This document shows positions 13,401 to 24,400 of a stretch of 64,000 bases of DNA, one piece after another. The stretch is from Lingula anatina (lineage: Eukaryota > Animalia > Brachiopoda), in contig CM120645.1 of the NCBI GenBank assembly GCA_051362555.1, positions 19,778,001-19,842,000 of the forward strand, in the 5' to 3' direction. Under the pieces are notes generated by a model, which was not told where the DNA came from, made no database searches, and saw only the letters and a program-made list of their open reading frames with translations. A program made the position numbers and the translations under genes. Numbering within the stretch: position 1 is the stretch's first letter; each line of letters starts with the position of its first letter.

Positions 13401-14463
13401 AAAAATATTTAGGGTTATTTTCAAACAGGAAAACAAATTGGAACAAATTGTATATAGGTAAATAACGAAACAACATTGATTCCTGCCAGGAAATAAGCTT
13501 AAGTGCAGGATCCTGTACAATGAAGTTGCTTGACCTACATGATTGTTAGACCTTTCCTCCTTTTGTTTCTAACATACTTGTATAATCAAAAGCTTTTCTT
13601 AGGTCTCACTAAACACCGAAATGGCACCTTAATATTACTTTTATCACAAAAAAAATAACTCGCTTTTTGGATTCTGCACAGCAAATTACAATAGTCTTGA
13701 GTGCAATACAATATTTGTCTGCTGATCTGTATAGAAATATTTTTGCAGCTTTCTTTTCTATATTTACGTATTAAATTAGAGGCTGCAAAAATGTTTCTCC
13801 TTTGCAGATAAACATCTATTGATTTCAAGAGTTAATATGATTTGGGGTGCGGAATCCAAATGGCAAGTTATTTTGATGTTCAAAGCAACATTAGGGTGTT
13901 ACTTTGTGTCAATTTGGCATTTACTGAGACTCACTTTGTTGTCTTCTACTCAATGCCAGAAAGAGGCGTGTTAATCTATATATGTGATTGCACTCAGCAA
14001 GAGTCCCCAGAGTTAATATGAACTACCTGGTACAATAGTTTCATTGTCAACCAACCCTTGGACTGTAAAAATCTGTGCAAATGCAGGAAACTTCGTGCTA
14101 GGTACAAGTACTGATGAATGAACTTCTTTAAAAAGTTCATTTGCAAAATTATACTTCTCTCCGAGGTGTTTATAAAGTTAAAATTCTCGACAAAGGTACC
14201 ATGGTAGCAAATATGTCTAGCATCTTTGTAGTTTGCTAGACAGCAGAGAACGGAAACTGGAGCAAACCAAAACCCCGACTAAAACTAGTAAAAGTGAGGA
14301 GTATAGTAAGTTGAACGACACTGTCAACAGTGACAAGCATTCGTTCAGAAAAAAAGTTAACGTGCAGTTTTAAAGCACGAGATCACTCTTGAAGTTGTAA
14401 TCACCATTGTTCTACTTTATCCCTGTCATGAACCTTGTCCACCCAAGTTGGAACAGCTCGCAT
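272..14463 (-). CDS. IFT122: Intraflagellar transport protein 122 (IFT-A, WD40), 5' part; 14 exons, continues beyond the left edge
   Basis: Exons in order: 14405-14463, 13017-13247, 11102-11178, 10476-10609, 10131-10210, 6051-6126, 5353-5544, 4931-5069, 3987-4045, 3667-3810, 3220-3357, 2730-2894, 2374-2493, 272-390. All are GT-AG and phase-consistent (1733 nt). The translation MRAVPTW...[31 protein letters not shown]...[19 protein letters not shown]...[13 protein letters not shown] closely matches IFT122 as I recall it. Confidence 0.97.
1710..1718 (-). CDS. IFT122: Candidate 9-nt alternative microexon of IFT122 (Phe-Pro-Leu)
   Basis: Minus strand reads gtactgacttcataacctttctcttcctgcag TTCCCTCTG gtaagt inside a phase-0 intron. 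Confidence 0.55.
2374..2493 (-). CDS. IFT122: IFT122 exon 13
   Basis: [40 protein letters not shown]. Confidence 0.95.
2730..2894 (-). CDS. IFT122: IFT122 exon 12
   Basis: [30 protein letters not shown]...KELLFQ. Confidence 0.95.
3220..3357 (-). CDS. IFT122: IFT122 exon 11
   Basis: [46 protein letters not shown]. Confidence 0.95.
3667..3810 (-). CDS. IFT122: IFT122 exon 10
   Basis: [48 protein letters not shown]. Confidence 0.95.
3987..4045 (-). CDS. IFT122: IFT122 exon 9
   Basis: [19 protein letters not shown]. Confidence 0.93.
4737..4820. repeat. (CA)n microsatellite
   Basis: Near-perfect CA run. Confidence 0.95.
4931..5069 (-). CDS. IFT122: IFT122 exon 8
   Basis: [46 protein letters not shown]. 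Confidence 0.95.
5353..5544 (-). CDS. IFT122: IFT122 exon 7
   Basis: [22 protein letters not shown]...[16 protein letters not shown]. Confidence 0.95.
6051..6126 (-). CDS. IFT122: IFT122 exon 6
   Basis: [25 protein letters not shown]. Confidence 0.93.
6345..6388. repeat. (AAAT)n microsatellite
   Basis: Direct inspection. Confidence 0.9.
8099..9993 (-). mobile_element. Helentron-associated non-autonomous element (HINE/DINE-1/pearl-like), copy 1, with about 5 x 146-bp internal array
   Basis: Subterminal inverted repeats (ttgtaccaccagc at ~8136, gctggtggtacaa at ~9978), 5' palindrome, 3' hairpin followed by CTAGTT on the minus strand, no TSD. Highly similar to 30778-34513 in inverted orientation. 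Confidence 0.85.
8315..9003. repeat. 146-bp tandem array, about 5 units
   Basis: Recurring aggtcaaaggtcaattt..aaggtcac...gacttcctattca...ggacctatctctgccag. Confidence 0.9.
10131..10210 (-). CDS. IFT122: IFT122 exon 5
   Basis: [26 protein letters not shown]. Confidence 0.95.
10476..10609 (-). CDS. IFT122: IFT122 exon 4
   Basis: [13 protein letters not shown]...[22 protein letters not shown]. Confidence 0.95.
10621..10738. repeat. 36-bp minisatellite, about 3.2 copies
   Basis: caagtgaaagaatagcacagaattctttatttctac repeated, adjacent to the IFT122 exon 4 acceptor. Confidence 0.9.
11102..11178 (-). CDS. IFT122: IFT122 exon 3
   Basis: [25 protein letters not shown]; ccag/gtgaga. Confidence 0.95.
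11486..11640 (-). mobile_element. Possible 3' tail fragment of a LINE (RTE-like)
   Basis: GC-richer block ending on the minus strand in gcgcccctgtgaccctgggggatcgtgggatag plus a (TTAGA)n tail; family assignment by resemblance only. Confidence 0.35.
11732..11906. mobile_element. MITE with 6-bp TSD
   Basis: TIR CATGGGTGAAA / TTTCACCCCTTG; ATGGTG on both flanks; internal aatcctgaaa repeats. Confidence 0.75.
13017..13247 (-). CDS. IFT122: IFT122 exon 2
   Basis: [25 protein letters not shown]...KLEGILKY; tttcag/gtgagt. Confidence 0.95.
14405..14463 (-). CDS. IFT122: IFT122 exon 1 (start codon)
   Basis: [19 protein letters not shown], then donor gtga. Confidence 0.9.
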
Positions 14464-15461
14464 TTTGAAATGTTTACAACCGGTTGGCTTCTCTACATTG
14501 GAATCTGGAGCGGATGGTATCTTCACTTGGATACGAGATTTGACGAGATGTGGATAAAAAATTTAAAGACCAAGTATAATTTTACAGCGATTCCTACTAC
14601 TTTATTCGTCTTACTGGATTGCATCATGAGTCATACATAATTGATAAAATTTAAATAAATGATAAAATGATAATATGTTTACAGCAGAAGAAGAACGACC
14701 TTGACCAACTTAATAAAAGCCAATGTGTAAACTGAAGCATGTAGCTTAATCAAAGACTTTTTATTGGAAATAGTCGGGAATGAGGTATAATCTTATTTTT
14801 CTTTGTAATAATTATGCGTGTATATCAATATTCTATGTAATGTACGATTCCCATTGTTGTAAAGCTGTTAAGAGGTTGTATAAGTGATTGTTTCGCTCGA
14901 GTCTTACTGTTAGTCATGTTTGCGTCATTGCCTATTGTGTTACGATGCAGTAAGAGTCCCGCGTAATCTGTGCATTTCTTGTCGATAAAAGTGAAAATGA
15001 AACGAGGAAATGAATAATCCCAGAGTCTGTTGTATTTTCTACAAATGCACGTTCATCATTCTATTTTGATTGAACTTCAGCACCCTTTTGTTAAAAAAAA
15101 AAGATCACTTTCTGTTTTATTTGTTTTAGGACCCTTTTGTCAATCTAAGAAGCAATTTATGATAGCTGATTGAATTCCACCGGATGTGAGGTGAGTGAAC
15201 ATAATTAAAATTTTATTTTGTTAAAGCAATAATAACTCTTCCTTTGAGATTCAAAATTCCGCAAGAAATACATTGTAAACAACGCCTGGAAATATATTCT
15301 ATTGCATTTTCCCACTAAAACGACTGTTATTGTAGTAAAACTAAAATCTGTGCTTGTCACTTGGGCTTTTGATGCCTTTCTTCGCAGTCGACAAGTGCAT
15401 CCTTTGCCAATGACGTTTAGGTGTCACGCAGATTCTCGCGTTCATTCGAGACCAAAATAAC
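14464..15461. promoter_or_regulatory. Probable bidirectional promoter region IFT122 / RAD54L2
   Basis: About 1 kb between the IFT122 ATG and a plus-strand exon-like end (aacatggcgg...cagag/gtaagt at 15481); CpG more frequent than in flanking introns by eye. Confidence 0.55.
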
Positions 15462-15481
15462 ATGGCGGGAAACTCTCAGAG
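15462..15481 (+). other. RAD54L2: 3' end of putative first (5'UTR) exon of RAD54L2, containing an upstream ATG
   Basis: AACATGGCG (YY1-like/strong Kozak) followed by the consensus donor AG/GTAAGT. Confidence 0.5.
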
Positions 15482-15993
15482 GTAAGTTGCGAGTTCTTGT
15501 ACAGTGCATCGGATAACGAAAAGCCCAGAATTGCACACATTGTAGATATAAATGCATTTTGAGCAAAAAGACGAATATATATTATGAATCTTATAATATT
15601 GTTATATAGTGTAGTTGTTGTCTGCTTTTCCCGCGGTTTTAAGTAGGTCACCAGAAACTATCGCTCGATACGAGAGGGCTCCGTCAGTTAAAATCTCTTA
15701 AGAGATTTTTACAAAAAACCGTACGTTTAGGAATAAAAAAACCCTGGATTAACTTTGAATGCAGGAATGGGGTCGTTGACCATTGGTAAATTGCCGTTTT
15801 TTCCAGGAAAATCGTATTTTTGGCCAAAACGAAGAGTTATTATGACTTTAACCTGTGTCAGTACGAACTCTCACCTGCTGTTATTTGTGATTTGACATGC
15901 AATGTGAATCGTCCTTTTGTCCTGTCTTTTACTGTATTATACATGTGTATGTAATAAATATTTAAACATTTGTGTAGATCTTATGCCCTAAAC

Positions 15994-16166
15994 CTGGGGT
16001 AGCGCTAACACTTGCCAATTTAGCCAAATGCTAAAACTGACTTAAACTGGCTAAAGAAAAAGGGCTTGATTTGACATGTTTTAGCCAAATTATAACCATT
16101 TTGATAACAAATTGACAAAAATGCGGTGATTTGGCTCAGTGAAAAAAATTGCTAGTGCTACCCCAG
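15994..16166. mobile_element. MITE with 6-bp TSD
   Basis: TIR CTGGGGTAGCGCTA / TAGTGCTACCCCAG; CTAAAC on both flanks. Confidence 0.8.
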
Positions 16167-16670
16167 CTAAACTTAATGTCTGACATGCATGTTTAGTTTC
16201 AAACTTCCTTCAAACTGACCAGTGATGGCCACACCAATCATGATGCTCATTTTAATTAAAAAAAAAAAAATGCTCATTTGCATTTTTGGTACTATACTCC
16301 ACATTCCATGTTTCCATATCAAAGCTTATCACAACATATATGAAGTTGTGTCATTATAAATGTATGAAAATAAGTGTTTTTGAAACCACTCCAATCCACC
16401 CTAAAAACAACTGCCTCACATACGGCTTTGTGGAGGCCTGTTGATCTGACAAAACTGATTGCATTCAGCAAGAGTCCCCGTGGAATTGGATCAATTTACG
16501 CAGACCAATAGTTACAGTTGGAATGATTCCTAATACTGCATAGATCTCATCAATGGAAAAAGGTATATTTACTTCAAGTAGTCTGCAATGTTATAGCCAC
16601 TGCTCTGTAGCCTGTAGCGAGTAGAATTTGGCTACAGACCTGTAGATTTTTCAGTATGTGAGAATTTAGT

Positions 16671-16814
16671 CAGGCTTGTAGCCAAAAAATTCAAGAGGAG
16701 TATTAACCATGAAACCTTCATGTACCTAGATAAAATTTTACCCACAGGGGACCTTTTCCCAGCAAAAAGGGGCGGTTCTTTCCAACCCCCCGAACCCCCC
16801 TGGCTACGAGGCTG
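16671..16814. mobile_element. MITE with 5-bp TSD (hAT5-like)
   Basis: TIR CAGGCTTGTAGCCA / TGGCTACGAGGCTG; TTAGT on both flanks. Confidence 0.75.
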
Positions 16815-17802
16815 TTAGTGGTCTGACATGGAGAGACTGGTATATTTCTTTCATTAAAAGACTAACCTTTTTCACAGTTTTCCATAAATATAATAAGTGT
16901 GTCTCCTTGGCTTAAAGTGCGCCAGAAACATTTGACAAAATCAGTGTCGTGTTATTACTCATATTAATTTGTAATATCCATGGATAAATGTCTGGTCTGA
17001 TTTAAAATATTATTTGGACCAGTGATTCTTAATTTAAACCAGTAGATTTTAGGAAACTGGTGGTCTGAATGGCCTGTAAGCTGAAAAGCATATGGCACAG
17101 ACTGTTAAAGGAAAAAGCAAAAAAAAAAAAAATTATTTAAAAAAAAAATACAGACGTCTAGATTCAGTTGAAATGGTAATCTCCTCTGAATAACAAAAAG
17201 TGAACTTTTTGAGACCTCTTGTCTATTAACAAACAGACAAACCAGCGCCGTTGACAACATAATCTCCTTCAGTTCCTGAGTTAACAATAGGGTTTCCACT
17301 ATAGTGAGAATGGCACTGATATATTGATCTCAGTTAGGAATGACAGGGCGATTGATATGCCTCGAAATAATTGAAACTTTGGAAGAATTGCTCCCTAACA
17401 ATTGAAAAAGCATATCAGGTAACTATAAACAACTCTCATCTGGAAGTGATTGAAATTTTGAAGTACACTAAGATCACATTCACCTGCTTCTAAATATTAA
17501 AAAAATATATGACCATTTGCAATCGAGGTACGTATCTCATTATGAAACCATTTTTAGATAGCATCCTTAGAGTTGATCCTGACACGATGGTAACTTAATA
17601 ACACTTGGGTTAGCATGGCTTGGTTACATAAAGGGCATTCTGGCCTGACCTCATAGTTAAAAATTGTGTCACCTGTTTGGTAACAGGGGTGAAAACAGTT
17701 CACATGTACTGGAACTAGAGGATGATTAAGTGCGTTAGAAAAAAAATCAATATCTTACACTGATACTACTCTATGCATTTATGTACAGGCCATTACATTA
17801 TA

Positions 17803-17807
17803 AGCCT

Positions 17808-17850
<43 letters not shown>

Positions 17851-18271
17851 TGGAAGGACATTTGACACCTCTAATGAAAATTTTTTTAAAAAGTAAAAAA
17901 GTTGAAGACCCATTTTTTATATGTTTATTCCTCTATATATGAGTTATATTTAGGCAAAAAATTAGGATTAAAAAGATAACAGTTAAGGAAAAATAGTAAT
18001 TGTTAGTGAATGTCTAGGAAGGACATGAAATGGACATGGAATTTTAACTTTAACACCAAAACTCTGCTCTTTCTGTGGAGATAATATTTAAAAAATCAAA
18101 ATATGAATATTTGATTATTTCACTTTCTAAATATATGCAAAGTGTTTTTGAAAAAAAAAAAAAAAATAAGTAGAAAATTTTGCATATATATTAAAATCAA
18201 GTAGGCATCTGGGAAGGATACAACTGGGTAGGACATTTTGTCCATTGCTTAATAAAATATAAAATGAGGCT
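17803..18271. mobile_element. Possible TIR element remnant
   Basis: AGCCTCATTTT ... AAAATGAGGCT inverted ends; internal ggaaggacat repeats. Confidence 0.35.
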
Positions 18272-18398
18272 AAATAATAATATTATGTATATTTACCAAG
18301 ATAAGTTTGATGAATAATATCAAAGGTAAACATGCCTTTCCATGATAATATATTTCATCTTCAAACATGTTACTCTTGTAATTAGTAGCTGTCAGGGG

Positions 18399-18625
18399 CA
18401 GGGCTTTTCATAGTCACATAGCTAAATCTCCTCACTTTTCCCTAGGATTGGGGGCACAGGCCATCAAAATTTACCAATTGTAATTCCCTACAGAATTTCG
18501 GGGAGTCCAAGTATATCTAAAGCCATCATATTTCCCAAAATCCATAAGCCGTCCAGCCGTCTTTGAAAATATAGGCCGTCCGGTGATGCAAATAACAGCT
18601 GGACGATTCGCTGGGAAAACCCTTG
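18399..18625. mobile_element. hAT-like MITE
   Basis: CAGGGCTTTTC ... GAAAACCCTTG; imperfect 8-bp flanks gtcagggg / gtcaagga. Confidence 0.5.
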
Positions 18626-18765
18626 GTCAAGGATGACAATTTTTAACACTGGGTATGGTTAAAAAAAAAAAAAATGAAATAGAATTTTATTTTTTTTCTC
18701 GTCATATATTTATTTATTTAGTTAGTTAGTTATTTATTTATTTTTTATAGCAGAAAAGCAAAATA

Positions 18766-18960
18766 CTCTGTCCCCAAGCATTATATGCACAGATGATGGG
18801 TGGAGTTTCATAGATTTTTGAATGTCCATTATTTAATGCTGTCAGAAAAAAATATTTACTCAGTCACTCAAGTTGCAGTCAAATTGACCAGACTAGCTCA
18901 AATCTGTTGAGTAGCTCAAGCATGAAAGATTTAGCATGCTTTATTTGCTATATTACAAAA
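18766..18960 (+). mobile_element. Degenerate CR1/L2-type LINE 3' fragment
   Basis: Broken frame reads EFH..FECPLFNAVRKKYL, resembling the C-terminal Cys/His region of LINE ORF2. Confidence 0.45.
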
Positions 18961-20620
18961 TTGGGGTACTTGCATTACAGCCCTGTGGCCTGAAATTCTG
19001 ATATGAATAAAATTTCATTTCTCTTTTCAGGTGTGAAAGTTGATAGGGTTTTACAGAAAACTAGCCTCATGATAATAATAATGCTCTGCTCTGACTTTAA
19101 GCCAAAATCTGTTGTGACAAATTATTTTGTGACCCATAAAGTAGCTTTGTACACATTAAATCTGATCTTATGTAATTTTTGCTCTGAGAGGGCATTTGGT
19201 TCATTTTTTTCAGCTCTACATATTTTCTTCCTGTTACATAACACCAAGCCCATTTTATTCCTGTTACATAACACCTAGTCAACTAACATTAACCTTTGGT
19301 CAAAAATTTGTGTCCAGTGCACCAAAAGATAAAATGGCAGAAGTCCACTTAAGTGAAATAAAAGGACCGTTTGGCGGCAAGGTTGCTGTTGCAGATCAAT
19401 ACTTTTATGTGAACTGCAGTGAAATTTAGCTTGAATTGAGGAATATCCAATTTTGGGGCTGCAACTTGATCCAAATTTTGGCTGTTATTTGAATCTACCC
19501 CCAGGATCTCATTCACATACACCAAAAAAAAAGACTCGAACTTAAAAATCGGCCGACAAGACAAAAACTCTCTTGGTATGATAGCCTCATGGGCCAGTTG
19601 AAACGAAGATATTTCAGGGACAGACAGGTTTTTAGAAAATATAATGAGATGTTTATGAAATATTTTTTTCTGAGGCAATTGATCCATGATATTGGGTCAA
19701 CTATTTAACTGTTCATTTGCCAAAAAAATCAGTTTTGACAACTACTAGTGTCATCCTGTTTTTTTTTAACAAGGAATCAAATTTGTTTCTGACCCAATAC
19801 TTAATAATTGCATTATAGAAGTGAACTGCCATGGATTAACTTGGCCTGAAGAGGATTTTTTTACATTGCAGATTTTTCCTAAATTGAAGAGAACTAAATT
19901 TTCAGTGTAAAAGAAAAGGCCTAACATTTGATTAATTGTTTTTTGTTTTTTTTTTGCGAAACCGACCCCCAAATTTACAAACCGTCAAATTGCTGGTATC
20001 GTCAATTCAGTATGTTAACTATATACCTGTATTGAGTTGCGACAATGTAATGAAAGGTATTGTTAATCTTATCAACTTGGAGGTGTAATGTAACTACAGT
20101 TTGGGCTAGGAAGGGGGAGAAACAGGACTCGGTTCGTTTGTTTACCTGATAAATGCTTAAATTGTATACAATGAATAATGAAGAAAACATAAGGAGACTA
20201 CTGAAGAGGAAGATTGTTGTTATAGGCCAGTGAAACTGGCAGAGAACAATTAAACTGGTGGTGCAACAAATAGAAAAGACAGGTGCTAAGGTTTAGATCC
20301 CCAGATTGGCTAAAAGTTTAAGAAGTTACCGGAGGGGGGGGGGAATCCAAACAAACCTACCCTTTGACCAAGAATAGTTCTTTCTAAATCAAAATTAATT
20401 CAAAATATGTTTTCATATATAGGGTTTTGGTTTATAAAGACCCAAGTTTGTAAAATATCCTCTTTGGACAACTGGACTAAGTTCACATGTTGGTAGCTTG
20501 ACTAACTGAAAAATTGCTTATTTACGTAGCTATAATAGGCTGGCTATATATATAAAAAAAGAAAGGCTTCTGGTGAGGTAATTTTCTTAACAAGGTGGAA
20601 GTTAGATAAATGTAAATGGT

Positions 20621-20786
20621 CAGGGGCGGATTTAGGCCGTCTTCTGGGTCTTCCGGAAGACAGTCAGATTTTTAAGTTTACATTGAGGGGTATCTAATTT
20701 CTTCTGTTGGAAGACGGTCAAAAATGGTGGATGGATCAACAAAGATAATTTGGAAGACTCAGAAAATATCTCTGGATCCGCCCCTG
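20621..20786. mobile_element. MITE with 5-bp TSD (hAT5-like)
   Basis: Perfect TIR CAGGGGCGGAT / ATCCGCCCCTG; ATGGT on both flanks; internal gtcttc/gaagac motifs. Confidence 0.85.
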
Positions 20787-21435
20787 ATGGTATATATAAT
20801 ATGCCAAATGAGACAGTTAGATTATTATGGTGAACTTCAATTTTGGTGCATGAAATTAAGGGGACTCTACATTTGAGCTTTCTTATAACCTGTGCCAAAA
20901 ATATCTTTATCAACATTGGTTTGAGATTGGACAAGAAACCTGAAAAAGTTCTGAAATTTTGATGAAAATTTGGTTTAGTTATTCACAGAAGAAAGAAGTG
21001 ATTACAATTCAAACCGGATCTGAATTTCTCAGTATCGTTTAAAGGTTTCACTTATTCTATTGTTTTCCCATCCAGTGATTGCCTTTTTTTTTCTGCTGCA
21101 TGTCGGGGGGGTCTTGTCATGGTCTCTAATTTCATGCCTTAAATTGTCTATTTTTAAGCTCCATAAATTGAAGTACAAGATATCAAGAGAAAGTATCATT
21201 TGTATTGTAGACCATTAGTGGCTATTAGGGTTCTTGTCAGTGTACTTTATACTCAAATGTTTTAAATCATGCTACCAAAAGCTCTCTGTTTTAAACTTGA
21301 AATATGACAAAGATGATCTGATTGTTTCTTCCGATATTTAATAGTCATTTGCTATTGTTTGACATTTATTCTGATGGATAAACTTTAATTTACTTTTTTC
21401 ATATGTATTTCAATCTTTTGGCTGTACTACTCAAG

Positions 21436-21466
<31 letters not shown>

Positions 21467-24400
21467 TTCAAATCACCTCACAGTTGTATGAAAAGATAAC
21501 ACATAGGTAATGAAATGTTTCCTGTTATAATGGCCCATTCAAAATACATTATCTGCCAAAAAAGTGACAGGTAAACAAGACAGAAATTATGATTTATTTA
21601 TTGTTCCATATGTGGACCATGTACCAATGTAGCTGTTTTTATATTATCTTCCTCAACAGGAAAAGTTTATATTTTAATTTTTTTTTCATGGGCTAAGACT
21701 CCCAAATCTGATAATGACATTACCCAAGCCATAACACTTGACTCATAGATAGGAATTAGTCTACCTGATAGAAAAAGATTCTTAAAGTCTATGTGATCAT
21801 ATTTTTTCAATGTGACATTTTGTTTTTAAGGTTATAAGCAAATATATTATTAAAGTTAAACAATATCACTGACGTGTATGTGTATTTTTTGTAATTTTTA
21901 ATATCATTTTTGTGAATTGTACAGAAATCTTGTAACAGCCAGAGAGTGCAAACCTTAACCAAGGAAAATGAAAATAATTATATTATATTCATAGATCAGG
22001 AGTGTCAGTTGAAATTGTAATCATGTGCTTCTTTCTCCCTGAATAGCTATCTATCTACACTATGATTGGTGAACCATCATAATTGGTCAACCTTACGAGA
22101 CCGATATCTTGTCCACTAAACAACCAAAACCACAAACTATTATAGGAACAAAGACCTTTGCCAATGCAAAATGTTTATGATGATAAAAAAGACATTTGAA
22201 ACTATATGCACTTCTTTACCCCCCTGAATATAACTCTCCAACCTAAAAATTCCATCAAAATTTGGTAATAACAAATTAATATACTAAAATTATGGTGAGG
22301 ACTTGGATCTTTTCAATTTGGAAAATTTACCATTTTGTCAGAAACATGATTTTGGGATCATAAAAATATATTTCTGTGTAACATCTGTGGTGCTTTTACT
22401 ATAAAGATTGGGTTTATAAAAATTTCATTTTTGTTGCTACTAATCAATGGGTATGTTCTAATGTTAAGAATCTAATGAAAATACAGTATCTGTAAAATTC
22501 ACTTTTTGTACAAAATTTATTAATTGTTTAATTAATTTTTTGCCCATTGTAACAATTGAATCATTACCTTAATATTTGCCATCAGTTTGGAGCACGGTTG
22601 TGCATGTGCCAGATGCCTTATGTAAGAGTTCATGTGCTCTCGTTTGTGAAAAAAGTAAATATTGATTGTCCGGAACCGCGCAAAATTTAGCTATGCATCA
22701 AATTTAGAAACAGGCTCAAAATACAAACACTATTGAATACTTTTAGGTTGGATAACTCCTTACTAGTACTACTTTCCAGAATTCTGGTCAAAATATATAC
22801 CTATAAACCGCTAGGGGGAAATCCAATGCTGACAACAATAATCAGTTTCAATCATTTAATGTTCACTCATCGCTTGCTCAGGTATATTCTAACGATATGT
22901 GGAGAATCACATTCTATGGTATCAAACCAAGACAATGGCTTCATGAACTTCTTAAACAATGACTTCTTAATTAGAATTATAGTCAACAAGCTTACTCTGC
23001 CTCTTTAGACTGTAAATGACGTTTTATACGAAATTATGGACTTCAATAATAAATTATTACGTGAAGTTACCGAAATTGCCTGTGAATTATTAAATGTTTC
23101 AGTTATGATGTACTTACATAATATTGGCAACTGATTATCCTGCAGTGTTAACACTCTGGTCAGACACCAAACTCTAGTAAAATTCACGTCTGGGTCCAGT
23201 AATATTTGGAAAATTTCTTCACATACTGGTCACTATTTCTGCTTTGGGTCACTAATTTTACACTGGTGTCCCACGGTTGACTTCAACATTTTTAGCATAT
23301 ACTGTGAAGGGTAAACGAGGGGTGGTGCTATGGCCAGATATCCATTGGGCTGTTACATGTAGAATTCTTTGTTTTGGGCTCGCATAGGCGTAAAGAGTAA
23401 TTGATTTAAGAGGAAATGTCCACCTTTTCTAAAAAATTTTTTTTTCACTGATTAGTAAGAACCATTTATCATCAGTGTTGTGTTTTTATTTAGAAAAAAA
23501 GGGCCTGGGGCGATCAGTCTGTCATGCTTAGGTAAAGGTTCATGTCGGCTATCTAATTCAATAGACTCTGTTATTGCATAACTGTTTCTTTTACAATAGC
23601 AGCATTGTGGTCAGTATTTTCATACCATTTGTGAATAATGCAAAGTCAGTGATGTGTTTTAGCAGAGTTACTATGTATTTCAGCAAAGTTTTACATAACT
23701 GAACTTTTCTGCATTTCATATGTGCAGTTTTATTTGTTATTTTTATTAAAACATAACCCTTGAATGACCACGGACTTTTATATTTAGATAAATAAATAAA
23801 TAAATAAATAAATAAACAAATAAACAAAAATTGCTTGACATGTAAGAATTTTAGTATGTTTTCAATGCTCTAAGTGTTCTCTTTCAAAAAATAAATTATT
23901 TGCACGCAGACAGATCTATCAGAAATATGATCATACATTTGTAAACTTAGCCTTTGTCATGTGTATATATATTTTCTTATGTTGGGAGAACCTGTTGGCA
24001 AGAACCTGTTAGCTTTTCATCCGGGAGAACTGCTTATGTAAGTGGCTATGTCATGTTTTAATGTCGTGTCCCCAAGACCAAGTTACACAAAGAAGATTGG
24101 CAATTCGTAAAATAACACAGGTGAGATACTAGAAAGCCTGTAGGTCTGGACTTCAAAAGGCGAAATAGTTAAATTTGATAATTGTTAAGCTCATCTTCAT
24201 GACAAACAAAGGTTTTCATGTCAGAAAACCCCTTGAAAAAAAGTTGCTAATTTAATAAAGTGTTTGTGAAAGAGCACTTGGATGTTATAACAGTGGATCT
24301 TGGTTGTATTTTAGCTTTCCATTTTTGATAATTATAATGTGTTTCGTACTATAGTTGCATTTTTACTTATTGTCTTAATGAAGATAAACCTTGTATACCT

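Noticed and set aside
22620-23150. Possible degenerate LINE fragment
   Set aside because: Composition is suggestive but I could not read a convincing reverse-transcriptase motif.
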